DNA of 62,903 bases, the filler included, from Octopus bimaculoides (Eukaryota), in assembly GCF_001194135.2 (NCBI RefSeq). It is 4 parts of 4 records of this genome, joined end to end, with 100 filler letters (N's around TTAATTAATTAA, not from the genome) between each part and the next. Parts side by side here need not be neighbours in the genome. Positions count along the whole stretch, not along the records: positions 1 to 11,269 come from NC_068989.1; positions 11,370 to 37,933 come from NC_068990.1; 2 more parts are not named here. One strand, written 5' to 3'. The notes under the pieces are model-generated. The model made no database searches. It had not been told where the DNA came from and was given only the letters and a program-made list of their open reading frames with translations. The position numbers and the translations under genes are program-made. This document shows positions 1 through 12,489 of this stretch, piece by piece; within the stretch, counting starts at the first letter, position 1; each line of letters starts with the position of its first letter.

Positions 1-11
1 ATATATATACT

Positions 12-27
12 GATAGATAGATAGATA

Positions 28-61
<34 letters not shown>
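12..61. repeat. (GATA)n microsatellite
   Basis: Direct tandem GATA units. Confidence 0.95.
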
Positions 62-62
<1 letters not shown>

Positions 63-469
63 TGTTTGTACATATGTATGTAATTAGGTAGGTATGTAGG
101 AATGTACGTCTATAGGTAGGCAGACAGACAGGCAAGTGGCAGGGATGTAGGTAGGGAAGTCGGTCGGTAGTATCAAATGTGACATAAAGCATTCTGTTAT
201 TTAGGAAAAAGTTTTATAAATCCTTTCTCAGTTGGAACTTTCAGAATACTTTCACCAGTTCACAAAAAAAATTAATGAAATGAAGAATATGCCAATAAAT
301 ATTTCAAAAGCTACGAATTTGGTTTGGACCAGTCAATCAAAGAATACAATGAAAGTTTTATTGGTTTTGAAAAGAACATGACATCACCTTGAAACTAGCT
401 TTTCAGTCTCATTTAATAGATATATCGAAAACACAGCAATGTTATAAATGCAGCAAAGGAATTTTCATG

Positions 470-590
470 ATACTATCAGTCCCAGTAATTGGCTGATACT
501 TCATTTCATCGACTTTTGAGGGATGAGTAGTTCAGTTGACCTCAGCGGAATTTCAAACCAGAGTGCAAAGAACTTGAAATTGTTACTTAT
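470..590 (-). mobile_element. Degenerate tRNA-derived SINE, family B (my label)
   Basis: Diverged match to the block tcatcgac...gttgacctcagcggaatttcaaacc shared with the better copies at 18206 and 57875. Confidence 0.45.
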
Positions 591-887
591 TTATTATAAC
601 AAATGTTTTTTAAGAAAGTAAAAGTCAAGAATTTAGCCAATCGCTTTCAATACTTGACTGATTCTTTTATCGGCGTCGAGAATAAATATAACGTATGTCA
701 ACTAAACTAACCACGTTCATCAGTATTATATATTTTCAGGTTATTCTAAAAAATATAAAGTTGCTGCTTTATTATTGTTTTTTTTGAAATTTGTTAGTAG
801 AATTATGTAAGACAATAACCAAAAATCGAATTTAGTTTGAAGGCTTTGATTTCCAAGATTACTAACAAAACTACGTTATGCTATTAA

Positions 888-946
888 TACGTGTAACAAC
901 TTTGGTGCTGTTTGGTGCTACGTGTCACAACTTTGGTGCTGTTTTG
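888..946. repeat. 31-bp tandem duplication
   Basis: tacgtgt(a/c)acaactttggtgctgttt(t)g at 888 and 919. Confidence 0.8.
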
Positions 947-964
947 ATTTTCCATTTCTGTTGT

Positions 965-1100
965 TGTATGGTAATGGTAGCACTAGAGAGGGCTGTCGTT
1001 TCCTCTACTTAATCTGGTATCGAATTCTTGTCGAAATTGACTTTTTTCATTCCTTCAGATTCCATAAAATAGCTGCTATATTCTCAGGCAATTAACCCCA
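965..1100 (+). mobile_element. Degenerate SINE (family B-like)
   Basis: B-box-like ggtatcgaattc followed by gaaattgactttttcattccttcag, resembling the family B core. Confidence 0.4.
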
Positions 1101-2677
1101 CGTATCTACACAAATTTTCTTGACATTTCGCGTTCATTTAGTTATCAAAGCTTCCTTTAATAATTAATAATTCTCGAGCCCAGTTATGAATTTATATATG
1201 GGGGATGTAAATATAGTAAGCATCTCACTAGAGAATCAAAGCCAATTTAGACGTTCGACTCAGCAGATGATCTCACCCTCAACCTATCGTATTATAGTTT
1301 ATTTATCCTATAACGCATGTATTTGAAAAAAAAATATCCCTTTAGTTATCCTTAAGGGAAAGATGTGTAGAATTGACTTCTCAAAAGCTTAAACGATGTC
1401 ATAAAGTAGAATATGTTAATATGTAATTTTAAATAACACTTTGCAAAATTCTAAAGGCATTGAGGGTTATATTTGGACAAATGCTACAAAGCGTCATCAC
1501 CATTTACAATAAATAGTCATGATAGATGAAGATATAATCAGAGATTTACTTAGTCATTTGAAAATGCGTAGTTTATTGCAACCAAGTAATCGGAACCATA
1601 TCAAGCAGTCGACTCGGATGACTTAAAGATTTTATAATGAGAAGACAGATATTGTTTGTTTGGCTTTTTTGGTTGTCAATTTATAAAATCTTTCATTTTT
1701 AATTTCCGGAGTTTTTGTTCTTTTTCGGAGCTGAAATTTCTATAATTTAATTTCGGTGTTGCATTGGTCATCTTAATGAATTAGCAAAGTGGTAAATTCG
1801 TCCAGCTTTTCCATCTTTTATGCCAGGCTCTACGTTGAAATATTTATTGAAACCACTTAGAAAATAACAAATACGATAATAAACATATATATTTGCGCAC
1901 GCCTGTGTCACTATATGTATCATACAAAAAGTTGTGTGCCCTTCTTAGAAATAATATTGATTTATAGCAAAAGGGCAAATCGTAAGTTTATGACTGCAAC
2001 CTTTTCATAAATATGTCAAATGCTTTTGACATATAAAAGAAGTGGAATCTTGATTAGCATAAGGAAACCACCCATCACTGACTCACCATACCAGAGTTTG
2101 TGCATGATACTGTTGATGCTCTTCCAATTGCATACAAGATAAATATACATGCATTTTTTTAATTATTTCTTTCGAGAATTTTTTTAAATTATCGAAAGTA
2201 TTCATGCTTCAAGCCAAACCGTGTAAATTATTGTTGATCTAGTTAGCTATTCCCGCATTACTATATCGACAAGAACATGCTTTCCTGGTGTGATGTAATA
2301 ATATGGAAAATGCACGGGTTGCCCTCCGTATAACCGAAATGATTCAAATGTATGAGAATTAGGATTTTATTGTTCATTGTATTAAGCATTTTAACATTTG
2401 TTTTTCTGTATAATAGATTGACTAATAGTCAGGCTACTGTGGTGGCGAGAGTCACTGACACCCTGTGGGGTTGGAAGAATGGTCTAACCGAACTCTTGTA
2501 AAAAGTAGCTTATTGGTTATGACGAGAGAAATCTCAGTAGTGAGTCGTTTTGGTTGATTTATTAACGTTGTGGATGGGATGTCCCATGATGAAGGTCCTC
2601 CCTACTAGTAGAGTTGCCTACTATTGTCACTTTTGTTTTCTTTCCTCTTCCAGCGGGGGAGAGAATAGTAGTAAGTA

Positions 2678-3400
2678 ATGGAAGTGTTACAAACACGTGG
2701 CGGTAGCTACGCACTAGTAGCAGGTAAAGAAAATGTAGCAGCTACTGTGAACCAACTGGAAGTCAAGGAAGTACCTGTTGACTTTGAAATAGTAAGAAAC
2801 AGCCAGAAATTAATCCAAAGTGAGGGGTCAAGTTTAAAATTGACCCCGCCGGAAGATATAATAAGAAGTATAAAGGAGAAAATGGTGGTTTATAGAACCC
2901 TATCTCTGAGAAGCAAGAAGATAGAAATGGCTAGCGAGGAAGCTATAGAAGAGTGCTTTGAAAATATAAGAAGTGAAATTGAATTTTACTGCAGAGGAAA
3001 AAAGTATGGTACAGTGGAGGTGCGTTTCCCTACTGAGGAGGTGGAAGTAATGTACTCCACTGTAACGTTGAAAACAGAAGAATGGGCACTCCTGTCAACT
3101 TACCTCGGTAAACGAGTGGTGAGAGTGAGGATTGGCAGGGTGCCCCCTGAGATTAACGAGATGTGGCTGCTTGCAGCTATCTTAATAGAATCTAAGGAGG
3201 TCCCAGAAGTGCTACAAGTCAGCCGCACCCAACAATTGAAGTGTGCGGATATGGTCTGGCTACACCACTGGACCTACAGGAAATTACCGAAGAGATAGAG
3301 CTACCAGATGATGTGAAACTGCGACTGATAGTAGAGGGAAAACCGCCCACCAGCTATTACTGCAAAAGAAATGGAACACATAGGTGAATTGTCTCCTTCT
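2678..3400 (+). pseudogene. Gag-like ORF1 remnant of a non-LTR retrotransposon (L1/Tx1-like)
   Basis: 206-aa open frame of non-repetitive composition. After a frameshift it continues ELPDDVKLRLIVEGKPPT-(S)YYC-KEMEHIG, a decayed C-x2-C-x4-H-x4-C knuckle preceded by the usual xEGxP linker, then a K/E-rich tail. Confidence 0.6.
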
Positions 3401-3668
3401 TAACAGCTAGACACCAGGAGAGGAGATACAAAAAGGAAATAAAAGAGGCGAGGAATTAAAGGGAAATACAGAAGGAAATGTAGAAAGCAGAGATGAAGGA
3501 TTTCAGAAATTACAAGATAGAAAGAGGAAGGGCTTTAAAAACTCCCCACCTCCAAAGAACTAAAAAAGAAGCAAAAGAAGGGAGTAAGTAACATAGAAGC
3601 ACTCATACAGTATATTCCATTAAGGCAAAAATAGAAGAATACCCCAGCCAACCCAGAATATCCACAGG

Positions 3669-3752
3669 CACACACAGACAGACCAGCATCTCCAGTTAAA
3701 TACACACAAACACACACAGACAGCCCAGAATCTCCAGTTAAATACACACGAA
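3669..3752 (+). repeat. 42-bp tandem repeat (14 aa) in the ORF1 tail
   Basis: Units start at 3669 and 3711; translate HTDRPASPVKYTQT / HTDSPESPVKYTRT. Confidence 0.85.
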
Positions 3753-4888
3753 CAGACACACAAGCATTACAAGCCAGTTATAAACATAGGGCGTATCTAA
3801 CGTACTATTGGTCAAACACGGACATTGAGGAAAAAATTATAAAAATGAAGACGGTAATAAGAATTATAGAGCAGGAAGAAATACGTGTACCAGGCATGGA
3901 GTGTATAATAACAGACTTAAACAATTACAAAAAAAATTCAAGGCAAGATTCGGCGATGACGTGAACCCACTGAGGTGAGGGGTAATATACGATCATCTAC
4001 CACCTGTGATGGAATTTGAACAATTGAGACCATATTTTATATTTGAAGATAAATTAATTGTTGAACATTGGTATAAAAGAGAGGAAAAATATAGTTAAAA
4101 TGTTACTACTCGAAAGTTGTTGTTCGAGTAGCTATTGCACCTTCATTCATTATATAATTTCAATTTATTCATTCGTTTATGTTTTATGTCCCCAATTGTA
4201 TTGTATTGTCGGTCCTTGTGCCGACCCCTCTGTGTTGGAGCTGTACGGCCAATAAAGAAACGAAGTCGTGGGAGTCGTTGAAGTAGTAAATCGTTGAGAT
4301 CGTTGAGAGTTTTATTTATTGGACTGTCGTGTTTAGTGGAGTAATTTGAAGTACGTCGTATAAAGTCAGTTGTATCTATCTCAACTTCGTGAAATCTGTA
4401 TTCCAACGTATAGAAGGGTATAAAAGTTAACAAGTAAGCAACTATACTTTTCTCGAGTTTTGCATCAGTTTGCTAACATTATTTCATGTTCGGTTTATTG
4501 TGCCTACTTGTCGTTTAGAAAGAAGGTTATAGTTTCATTGAATAATCTTTTTCTATGTCTTTTGACGTTCTATCCACAGACAGAATTTGTAATAGCGAAA
4601 GACGATGGAACCAATCCTTTGAGCTGTAATTGTCTTAATCATGCCAGCAATCCAACCTCAGTAAGATACGTACCACTGATCTCACAGCTAGTTTCCTATT
4701 GAAAATACATTTCATAAAATATAAATGAACGCTCCAGTTATATTAACAATACCCCAAACATATAAGAAAAAAGTTTTGTAACTTACACAAAACAAATCTG
4801 ATGTAAGTGTGATAAATGTACAGAATTCTTTCGGCTTACTTACTCGAAAATATTCACAAAGACGTTGTTATTCCCATGGTGTAGGCAT

Positions 4889-5085
4889 TTATGCTTTTCT
4901 GAAGATTATTCGTGATGTTAGTAAAATGAAAATGCTATAAATCAAGATCAAAAATGCATAGAAAATCTCGGTTGACCCAGACGTGTACTCTGCAACCTCA
5001 GTCCGTGATAAAACATTAGATAAACCATGAAATGTGCTCTGTCCAAATGTATGGAGAGTAATCAAATTTTCAATAACAACTTGGT
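4889..5085 (-). CDS. Candidate terminal coding exon with hydrophobic C-terminus
   Basis: Acceptor aacttttctttcgttAG, then 64 open codons QVVIENLITLHTFGQSTFHGLSNVLSRTEVAEYTSGSTEIFYAFLILIYSIFILLTSRIIFRKA-stop. Confidence 0.35.
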
Positions 5086-5189
5086 CTAACGAAAGAAAAG
5101 TTATATGATTGAGATGACGAAAGTTATTGATTCATCGGTTTTTATTGATTCTATAATGCTGACACTACGATTTGTTTTGCACATGCCGT

Positions 5190-5192
5190 CAG

Positions 5193-5231
<39 letters not shown>

Positions 5232-5370
5232 CACTGCTGCTGCTGCTGCTGTTGCTGCAGGTACTTCCAGCACCAGCACTACCATCATCATCACCACCAG
5301 TGATAGTGATGGAGATGACGACCACGATGACGATGGAAATGGCAATGGTGATGGTGCTGTTGGGGATGTT
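5190..5370. repeat. Compound trinucleotide repeat (CTA/CTG/ATC/GAT)
   Basis: Direct; explains the poly-L/S/V ORFs in the track. Confidence 0.9.
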
Positions 5371-5730
5371 TTAATTTATTGGCCACACGGATTCATAGAA
5401 ATACAAAAAAAAACCCATTAAAGAACTGCTCGACAGATGGTGTACAAAGTTCTGTGGTGTGAAGCAAATATGAAGAGAGATGAAAGACATAAAATATATA
5501 TAGTACAACGAATTAAAAACATGAAAAATGGCATAAATTTTGAAATATGACTAAAATACATTAAAAGATGTTTGTAGAAGATTTATACATCCAGTTCAGT
5601 GTACTTCACTGTCTTCATCGGGGTACATTTTACTTCCTACGTGAATTGTTCCTGAATGAAGATTTCAGAATAACATGTAAGACGTTCTAGGGTTTTAGTG
5701 ACGACCTATACCCTGTACTTCCTCCATATA

Positions 5731-5946
5731 CGAGGTGTACTGAAAAATTCGTGACTTTCAGAGTAACGCGAAAGGCCTGGCTGCAGGCCCAACCTTCCTA
5801 GTTCTTTTATAGGACTTGGAACAACTGAAAGACTTCTGCAATAAGCGTGTGAATCTGAGACGAGAATATGTTGAATAAAATCATAATTGACTTATCCTCT
5901 TGTATTTTCTGTTACCCAAAGTCAGGAACTTTTCAGTGCTCCCTCG
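5731..5946 (+). mobile_element. Non-autonomous mariner (MITE-sized)
   Basis: Imperfect ~37-bp TIRs cgaggtgtactgaaaaattcgtgactttcagagtaac / gttacccaaagtcaggaacttttcagtgctccctcg; left TA, right TG. Internal CNKRVNLRREYVE-stop resembles the mariner transposase C-terminus. Confidence 0.75.
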
Positions 5947-7089
5947 TGCAGTAAACACTTTGTAAAGTCTATCCGACATTTGTACGTATCTTCTGTCCTT
6001 TCATAGTGTTGGAAATATAATTTCATTTTGCTTCCAATTGCAGGTGCATAAAGTGAGACTCAATAGATATCTAGAAGTATTGCTAAGTGGGGGGGTTTCA
6101 GTACCTTTAGAAATATAGGTGGTTCCTCTACACAGAATATAGTCTCACCTAAGTTATAAGAAACTCTTCAGCAAAGAGTCTCTATTACACAAGAGTTGTA
6201 TACCTGTACACATTCAAACGCTCTTTAATTATTTTCTATTGTTTTATTTGTTTTTCTCCAGTTTGAAGAGAAAGACTGACTACGCACTTTTAGTCTTCCT
6301 CTCTTATCCATCCTCAGAAGATGTCTTGTTACTGCTATGATGGCGTGTTTCTGCTCTTTTAGTGCTAATTGTTGTAGTTGGTGATGTAGATGATTCTTAT
6401 TGTCTTCGCTGGTTGAACCTGGAGACGGGGTTGTTTGGAGGTTTTCCTATTTGCTGCTGGCAATGCGTGTGGGACAATTTTATTTAGTGATTTGTTTTGT
6501 TATGGTTACTTTTGTTCTTTTAGTTTGTCTGCAAAACAAAAACGAGGAGGCGTTACAGCCAGATGTGTAGCTGCTCGGCTGTGTATGTTGGAAGCTGAAT
6601 TTAAAGGTCTTCCCTTCAGTTCCTTTAAGAGCACCTGTAGTAATTTAAATTCATGAGGATTTTATGACCTTTTGACCCACCCCGATCATATATCGTGCTA
6701 GTGGCAGATATCGTCACTGACATCACAGATAGTGAATCATCTGTTCCTCCTTCCCAAATATTGCAGGACAGTCGGAAAAAAAATAACAACAATCTTTAAA
6801 ACATTATCAACACGAAAAAGAAGAAAGGAGCAAGGAAGCGTAGGAGAATGAAGAAGGTTTTTACGATAGAAAGGAAACAACGAATTTGAGGTGAGTGGTT
6901 ATTCAATGCTCATCAATCGTTGGCGGGTGACTGACAAATTGAAATAAAATAGTAAAACATTTTACAACATAAACTAAATAAGCAGAAAGGTGAAAGACAG
7001 TAACATCAATGTGAGTCTTGCACAGCCTACATTTTATGCCTGTAAACGTTTTCTGCCTCTTATTTTATAGATACTTGGTGAAGATCTCT

Positions 7090-8075
7090 TTTTCTTGAAT
7101 TGCATGGGATATCATAAACTTGTAGGTACTCCATGCCAAGCTTTTGACATAATCCCTTCTATGTTTCTTTCTTTTTTTTTTGTATCAAGTACCCATGTAC
7201 TATTTTCACATTAAACTGATCAATTTTTTTTATTTTGTTCTGATAACTAAATTCTACCAATACTCCGTAAGGAGACATCTGTTTTTACTTATTTTATACC
7301 TCACGTCAAGTTTATTAGCTATACTAATTATGTTGCTGATTGGACAAGGCAGTTACTGGTCTCTTTCCTCTACAGTAGTTGCTCCAGTGTCCCAGTACGA
7401 GCTTCATATGTAATCAATAAAGATATGCGACCACGACCACCATCTTTGTGTCTACATCTTGATTGATGTTGACGTTTCCTGTAACACTGAGCAGTTTGCG
7501 AGTTCGAACATTTATTTCATTGAGTGCTTGTATTGACCAGTTCAAAAAGTCAAACATACGTGTGAGGACAGACACTGCAAAGATGTGGGCAAAATGCTTG
7601 CTGTAAACTGAGAGTTCTAATGACCATATTCTCTTGAATCTCCTGAGGTATTCATTCCTGATCCACTCTTTATTTACGGGTCCATCATGTCTGGCATTTT
7701 CATTTTGTCACCTGAGTGTAGAGGTTGTATGGTCAAGCCGTTCATGTTTAAGTCTTCAGAGAAGAGTACAAATCTTCCACATCTTATTGTCAAAATGCAC
7801 ATTTGGACGCTCTGAATTTCATTCCAAGTATATAGAAAAATAAGGTCCAATTGCTTTTTATATGGTTGATATTTGGCCCATACATTTTCAGATCGTCGAC
7901 AAAAAGAAATGATGGGAGGTACTTCTGGATCCATTTCTATGTCCACTATGTTTTGTGAGCAGATATGATAGTGGGTTTAAAGAAACGACGAAGATCAACA
8001 CCGGTAGAGTATCATCCTGAAATATACCCTTTTGAAAGGGAATGCTATCCGACTCAATTTTCTCCTTATTATTCC
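7090..8075 (-). mobile_element. Decayed RT region of an RLE-type (R4/Dong-like) LINE
   Basis: KGIFQDDTLPVLIFVVSLNPLSYLL (GIFQGDSLSP motif), frameshifted FVDDLKMY, then RIRNEYLRRFKRIWSLELS and a KAWHG motif. Confidence 0.75.
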
Positions 8076-8289
8076 TAAGGAGCAAATTGCTGCACTAAGT
8101 CTTGATAAGGCATTCAATAGCATTCACTAGTGACTGAAGGACTTTGGCTAACTATAAAACATACATGTATGTATGTATGTATGTATGTATGTATGTATGT
8201 ATGTATGTACGTATGCATGCATGTGTGTAATGTATAATAGCACTGGATGGCGTACCAAAGTCAAAAATTATTTTTGTAAAAATTAATAA

Positions 8290-8390
8290 GTTCAAGCAAC
8301 AGGAAACATATTGTGTTGACAAGATCCACAATTTCTGGCTAAAGAAGCTGACCAGATTCCATGGGCATATGGTGGTAGCATTCTTCGTAT
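8290..8390 (+). mobile_element. Short RT N-terminal fragment of an RLE-type LINE
   Basis: DKIHNFWLKKLTRFH resembles the GPDxIHxFWLKKLT motif. Confidence 0.5.
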
Positions 8391-8769
8391 AAACTATTAT
8401 ATTAAATGTGAGTTACGGCACCACAGTTATAAGTATGTAAAATTACTTTGTGTTTCACACTACCTCATTTATTACTTGTTTTTTTTCTTCATATATCGTA
8501 ATTATTTCTTGGAATTGTAAAGTCACACAAGTTATTTGTTTAAATTTTACAAATTCATGTCTCTTATCATTAATAAATTTGATAATATAATAAAAGCGTC
8601 CGTTTTATTTATATCGTATGTGAATATCAAAATACAGAGAAGTAAGTTAACATATTATATACAGATACCTATTACGTGCATCTGTAAATGAAATTTTCGG
8701 ATAATTTTCAACTCGAAAAATTCGGTTATATAATGTATCTTGTTATGATGTAGATGATAAGAATTTAAT

Positions 8770-8945
8770 CGTTTCTTCTATAGGCACAAAGCCAATTATT
8801 TTGGGTGACAAGAGATGCTTGATTACATCGACTCCAGTGCTGAATTGATACTTATCAATCTCGAAAGGATGAAAGGCAAAGTTGACCTTGGCGAATTTTG
8901 AACTCAGAACATAAAGCCGGGAGAAACGCCGCTGAGTATTTTATT
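8770..8945 (-). mobile_element. SINE family B
   Basis: gattacatcgactccagtg...gaaaggatgaaaggcaaagttgacc...tttgaactcagaac (B-box on minus). Confidence 0.8.
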
Positions 8946-9856
8946 TGGTGTATTTGGAGGGATGGGGAAACTGAGTTAAATTAACATATGATGATATTGC
9001 ATCGTGTGAGATATTTAATTTCCGAAATTATTCATTAAGATATGGCCATAGCCATATGCAATGTCTTCATGAGTGGAAGGCTGTGTCTGTGTGAGTGTGT
9101 TTATGCCATTTTTATGAATAGTAGAAGCTAAAATACTTCCAAGCCTTTATCGTGACTGTCTGTCAGTCCTTCACTTCATCCACAAAGCAAAATGCATCTC
9201 AGTCATTTTATGAAAAAGATCGTTACACAGCTGCGTCACTTTCTCCAAACAACAGCCAAATACCTCACACCACAACTTAACGTTAAAAAAAATGTTATCA
9301 GCACAAATGCTTATTTATCTTTGGTACAGTCTCTTGTGACATCCGGAACGCACTACTTTGTACTCAATATACTAGGGTGGTCAGGATTCTGCTAAGCTCT
9401 AGACTTCGTCAGAAGAATACTGGACTGCTGGTATTAGAGCACTGTACATGAAGTACGTGAGTGCGGTGCATATATCCAGAAGGAAGCTGAGACTTCATGA
9501 TCGAACATTTTATGTTAGTTGTTTTTGTTTGTTCCTTTTCCAGATGCGGTGTGCCTTTTGTCTATGATATTCTAGAGAACATGGTGCGTTTATACAAGAC
9601 CCCTACGAAAATATTTTCAAGACAGAGTAGGTTGAGAAGTTCGAGAATGTTTATTAGCTGCCGCCCACTTCTGCTGATATATACTCGATAAACTCTTCTG
9701 CTAGTCAGTCGAAATGACTATCGATTTTCTAGACTTTATTCGGCGTTCGTGATCATCAGCTGTATTTTTGAAAATTACCGGCCATGGTTATTTTCATGGA
9801 CCTTAAAACCAGTAGATCAACACCATAGAGGAATGTTATAGAAAAGGGATTATATA

Positions 9857-10043
9857 TTAGTATTTATGTATGCTAAGTTGATTGCCATTATCGTACGGGC
9901 TGATATTGTCGCAACAGTTTAGCATGGTTGTGTGCAAAATAATGTTTGCACCAATCTGGAGATTGATATGGTGCACATCTTCTCCAAGACTGACTGTATG
10001 TTGAAGATTTCCATCAATTTTGGTACACATATAATAAGAGTAC
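9857..10043 (-). CDS. Candidate coding exon (weak S1-protease-like C-terminal part)
   Basis: Strong acceptor ttttactgttttcttgtatcatttatacAG; phase-2 start; open for 61 codons YSYYMCTKIDGNLQHTVSLGEDVHHINLQIG...KY-stop; in phase with exon 12453-12489. Confidence 0.45.
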
Positions 10044-10369
10044 CTGTATAAATGATACAAGAAAACAGTAAAAGAATTTATTTTATCTGGTTGAAGATTT
10101 CACTCTCAATCGTTTAGATAAAGGGGATTACAAGGGAACAGATAAACAAAGAAATAAATAGATTAAATAGACACATAGACACACACACACCCATACGCAC
10201 ACACACACTCACACATACTCACACACATGTACACACACATGCACGCATAACACATACATATACATGTGTGATGTATATATGAATGCATATATGCATACAT
10301 ATATAAATATATATGTAAATGCATATGGATATCTTGACGTGTGTGCATATAAAATATTAACATAGATAT

Positions 10370-10470
10370 TCCGCGAAGTCGACTTTGCCCTTTAGCGATT
10401 CGAGGTCGATAAAGCATTCACCAGTTGAGTCGAAGTAATCGACTCATCCTCGCCCTCGAGCTAGCCCGAA
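10370..10470 (+). mobile_element. SINE family B core fragment
   Basis: gtcgactttgccctttagcgattcgaggtcgataaa...gtaatcgactcatcc. Confidence 0.7.
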
Positions 10471-10525
10471 AACAATACTGATAGTATGGATACATATAAA
10501 TACATAACAAAATTATATGCATGAA

Positions 10526-10594
<69 letters not shown>

Positions 10595-10595
<1 letters not shown>

Positions 10596-10940
10596 TGGGG
10601 ACAGGACGTCACCAACGGGGCGAATAACATGAAATACGTAAACAACCGAGGGGAAGACGAGTAAAATACGTGGACAACGAGGAGAAAATAGGAAGCACGA
10701 CAAGTAAATTCACAGAAAAGACCCTTCATCAGTTGTCGGGTGTCTATCTACTCCTCATTTCGAGCATTGAACAACAACGTTAATTTTCAAAGACGGTTGC
10801 TCCCAGAAATTCTAAAGTAAAATTTTTGATTTATGAAAGGTCAAAGTTGGGAACATAAAATGACAGTGGAGACATACAAGGAAACCGAACGAAAACAAAC
10901 ATGGAGGGTCGTTAGAGCAGAACGAGAGGAAAATAATGAA
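10595..10940 (-). mobile_element. Probable Penelope-like 3' remnant
   Basis: Minus strand carries ctgatgaaggg followed by a pyrimidine-rich tract, as in the 36083-36555 insert; no intact ORF. Confidence 0.35.
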
Positions 10941-11269
10941 CGCTGGGAGAAACATTTTTTTGAAAAGAGAAAAGATAGAAGTGAGCGGGAAAAATACGTC
11001 CGCTCTTTTTAACTTCTGTGCAGGAAAAGAAAGATGCTCACGTGAGGAAAAGAAAGAAGCACGATGGTCACGTGTTAGAAACGAAAGAGAGAGAGAGAGA
11101 GAAGAGAAAGAGAGGAAAGTGAGTGACAGATAGAAAACGGTAAGGCGGAAGGGTAGAAAGTCGAATAAAAAGGTAAAGATAAATTTATTTGGAAATGGAT
11201 GCGTTGCGTTCAATTAAATAATAAATAATAATGATAATAATTATATATGTATATATAATATATATATAT

Positions 11270-11369
11270 NNNNNNNNNNNNNNNNNNNNNNNNNNNNNNN
11301 NNNNNNNNNNNNNTTAATTAATTAANNNNNNNNNNNNNNNNNNNNNNNNNNNNNNNNNNNNNNNNNNNN
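11270..11369. other. Scaffolding spacer N44-TTAATTAATTAA-N44
   Basis: Exactly 100 bp; 12-mer gives stops in all six frames; identical at 37934 and 54196. Confidence 0.97.
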
Positions 11370-11630
11370 TATATGTATGTATGTATGTCTATATGTATGG
11401 ATTTTTGTATGCATGTATGTATGACGGGATGGATGAATGCATGCATGTCTATATGTAAGGTTGTGCAAGCACACATCAATATGTAAAGCAAACACGTCGA
11501 ACAGAATTTTTATGTAAATAGACACAAAAGAAGACCAATTCCCTCCCCGCCATCTCTTGTTACGACTCCATCTGGTTTGACAGACAGCCTTTCACTTCTC
11601 TCATTCCCCCTCTTTGTCTCTTTCCCCTCT

Positions 11631-11665
<35 letters not shown>

Positions 11666-12326
11666 TAATCTCGACCTTTATAGTTAATATACATCACTTT
11701 TGAGTTGATGGTAACATTTGGTGGTGGTGCGGTCATGAATGTATCTCTAACGACTAAGATATTATCAACCACTCAGCTAATCAATATTTATCTTATGTCG
11801 TGTTTATGTGATACAAAAAAGAAGCAGCAGGCTCTTGATTCCTAAGTTTATAGAGTCACTCGTGTGCACCCAGGCATGGATGACTCTCGGCTGTCATGTA
11901 AGGTACCTAACGGACTCATGATACATGCATATATANNNNNNNNNNNNNNNNNNNNNNNNNNNNNNNNNNNNNNNNNNNNNNNNNNNNNNNNNNNNNNNNN
12001 NNNNNNNNNNNNNNNNNNNNNNNNNNNNNNNNNNNNNNNNNNNNNNNNNNNNNNNNNNNNNNNNNNNNNNNNNNNNNNNNNNNNNNNNNNNNNNNNNNNN
12101 NNNNNNNNNNNNNNNNNNNNNNNNNNNNNNNNNNNNNNNNNNNNNNNNNNNNNNNNNNNNNNNNNNNNNNNNNNNNNNNNNNNNNNNNNNNNNNNNNNNN
12201 NNNNNNNNNNNNNNNNNNNNNNNNNNNNNNNNNNNNNNNNNNNNNNNNNNNNNNNNNNNNNNNNNNNNNNNNNNNNNNNNNNNNNNNNNNNNNNNNNNNN
12301 NNNNNNNNNNNNNNNNNNNNNNNATA

Positions 12327-12377
<51 letters not shown>

Positions 12378-12452
12378 ATGTAAATAATGTGTGACAATTA
12401 TTCGGTAGCCATGATAAAACTCCGAGTTTCGGATGCTGGGGAGGAAACTCAC

Positions 12453-12489
12453 GCCGCCATCTCTTCAGTTATCTGGCCATCGAAAAATG
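12453..12489 (-). CDS. Candidate 37-nt coding exon
   Basis: ttttcatAG acceptor and GTGAGT donor; the only open frame is FFDGQITEEMA (phase 1 to 2). Confidence 0.45.

Noticed and set aside
4250-4310. NEVVGVVEVVNR resembling a GAF-domain strand
   Set aside because: Bounded by stops on both sides with no splice sites; chance match.
8080-8135. LDKAFNSIH RT-like motif on the plus strand
   Set aside because: Too short to assign to an element.
12447-12465. gagATGGCGGC|GTGAGT as a housekeeping-gene first exon
   Set aside because: Not excluded, but an upstream acceptor and an open FFDGQITEEM frame fit an internal exon better.
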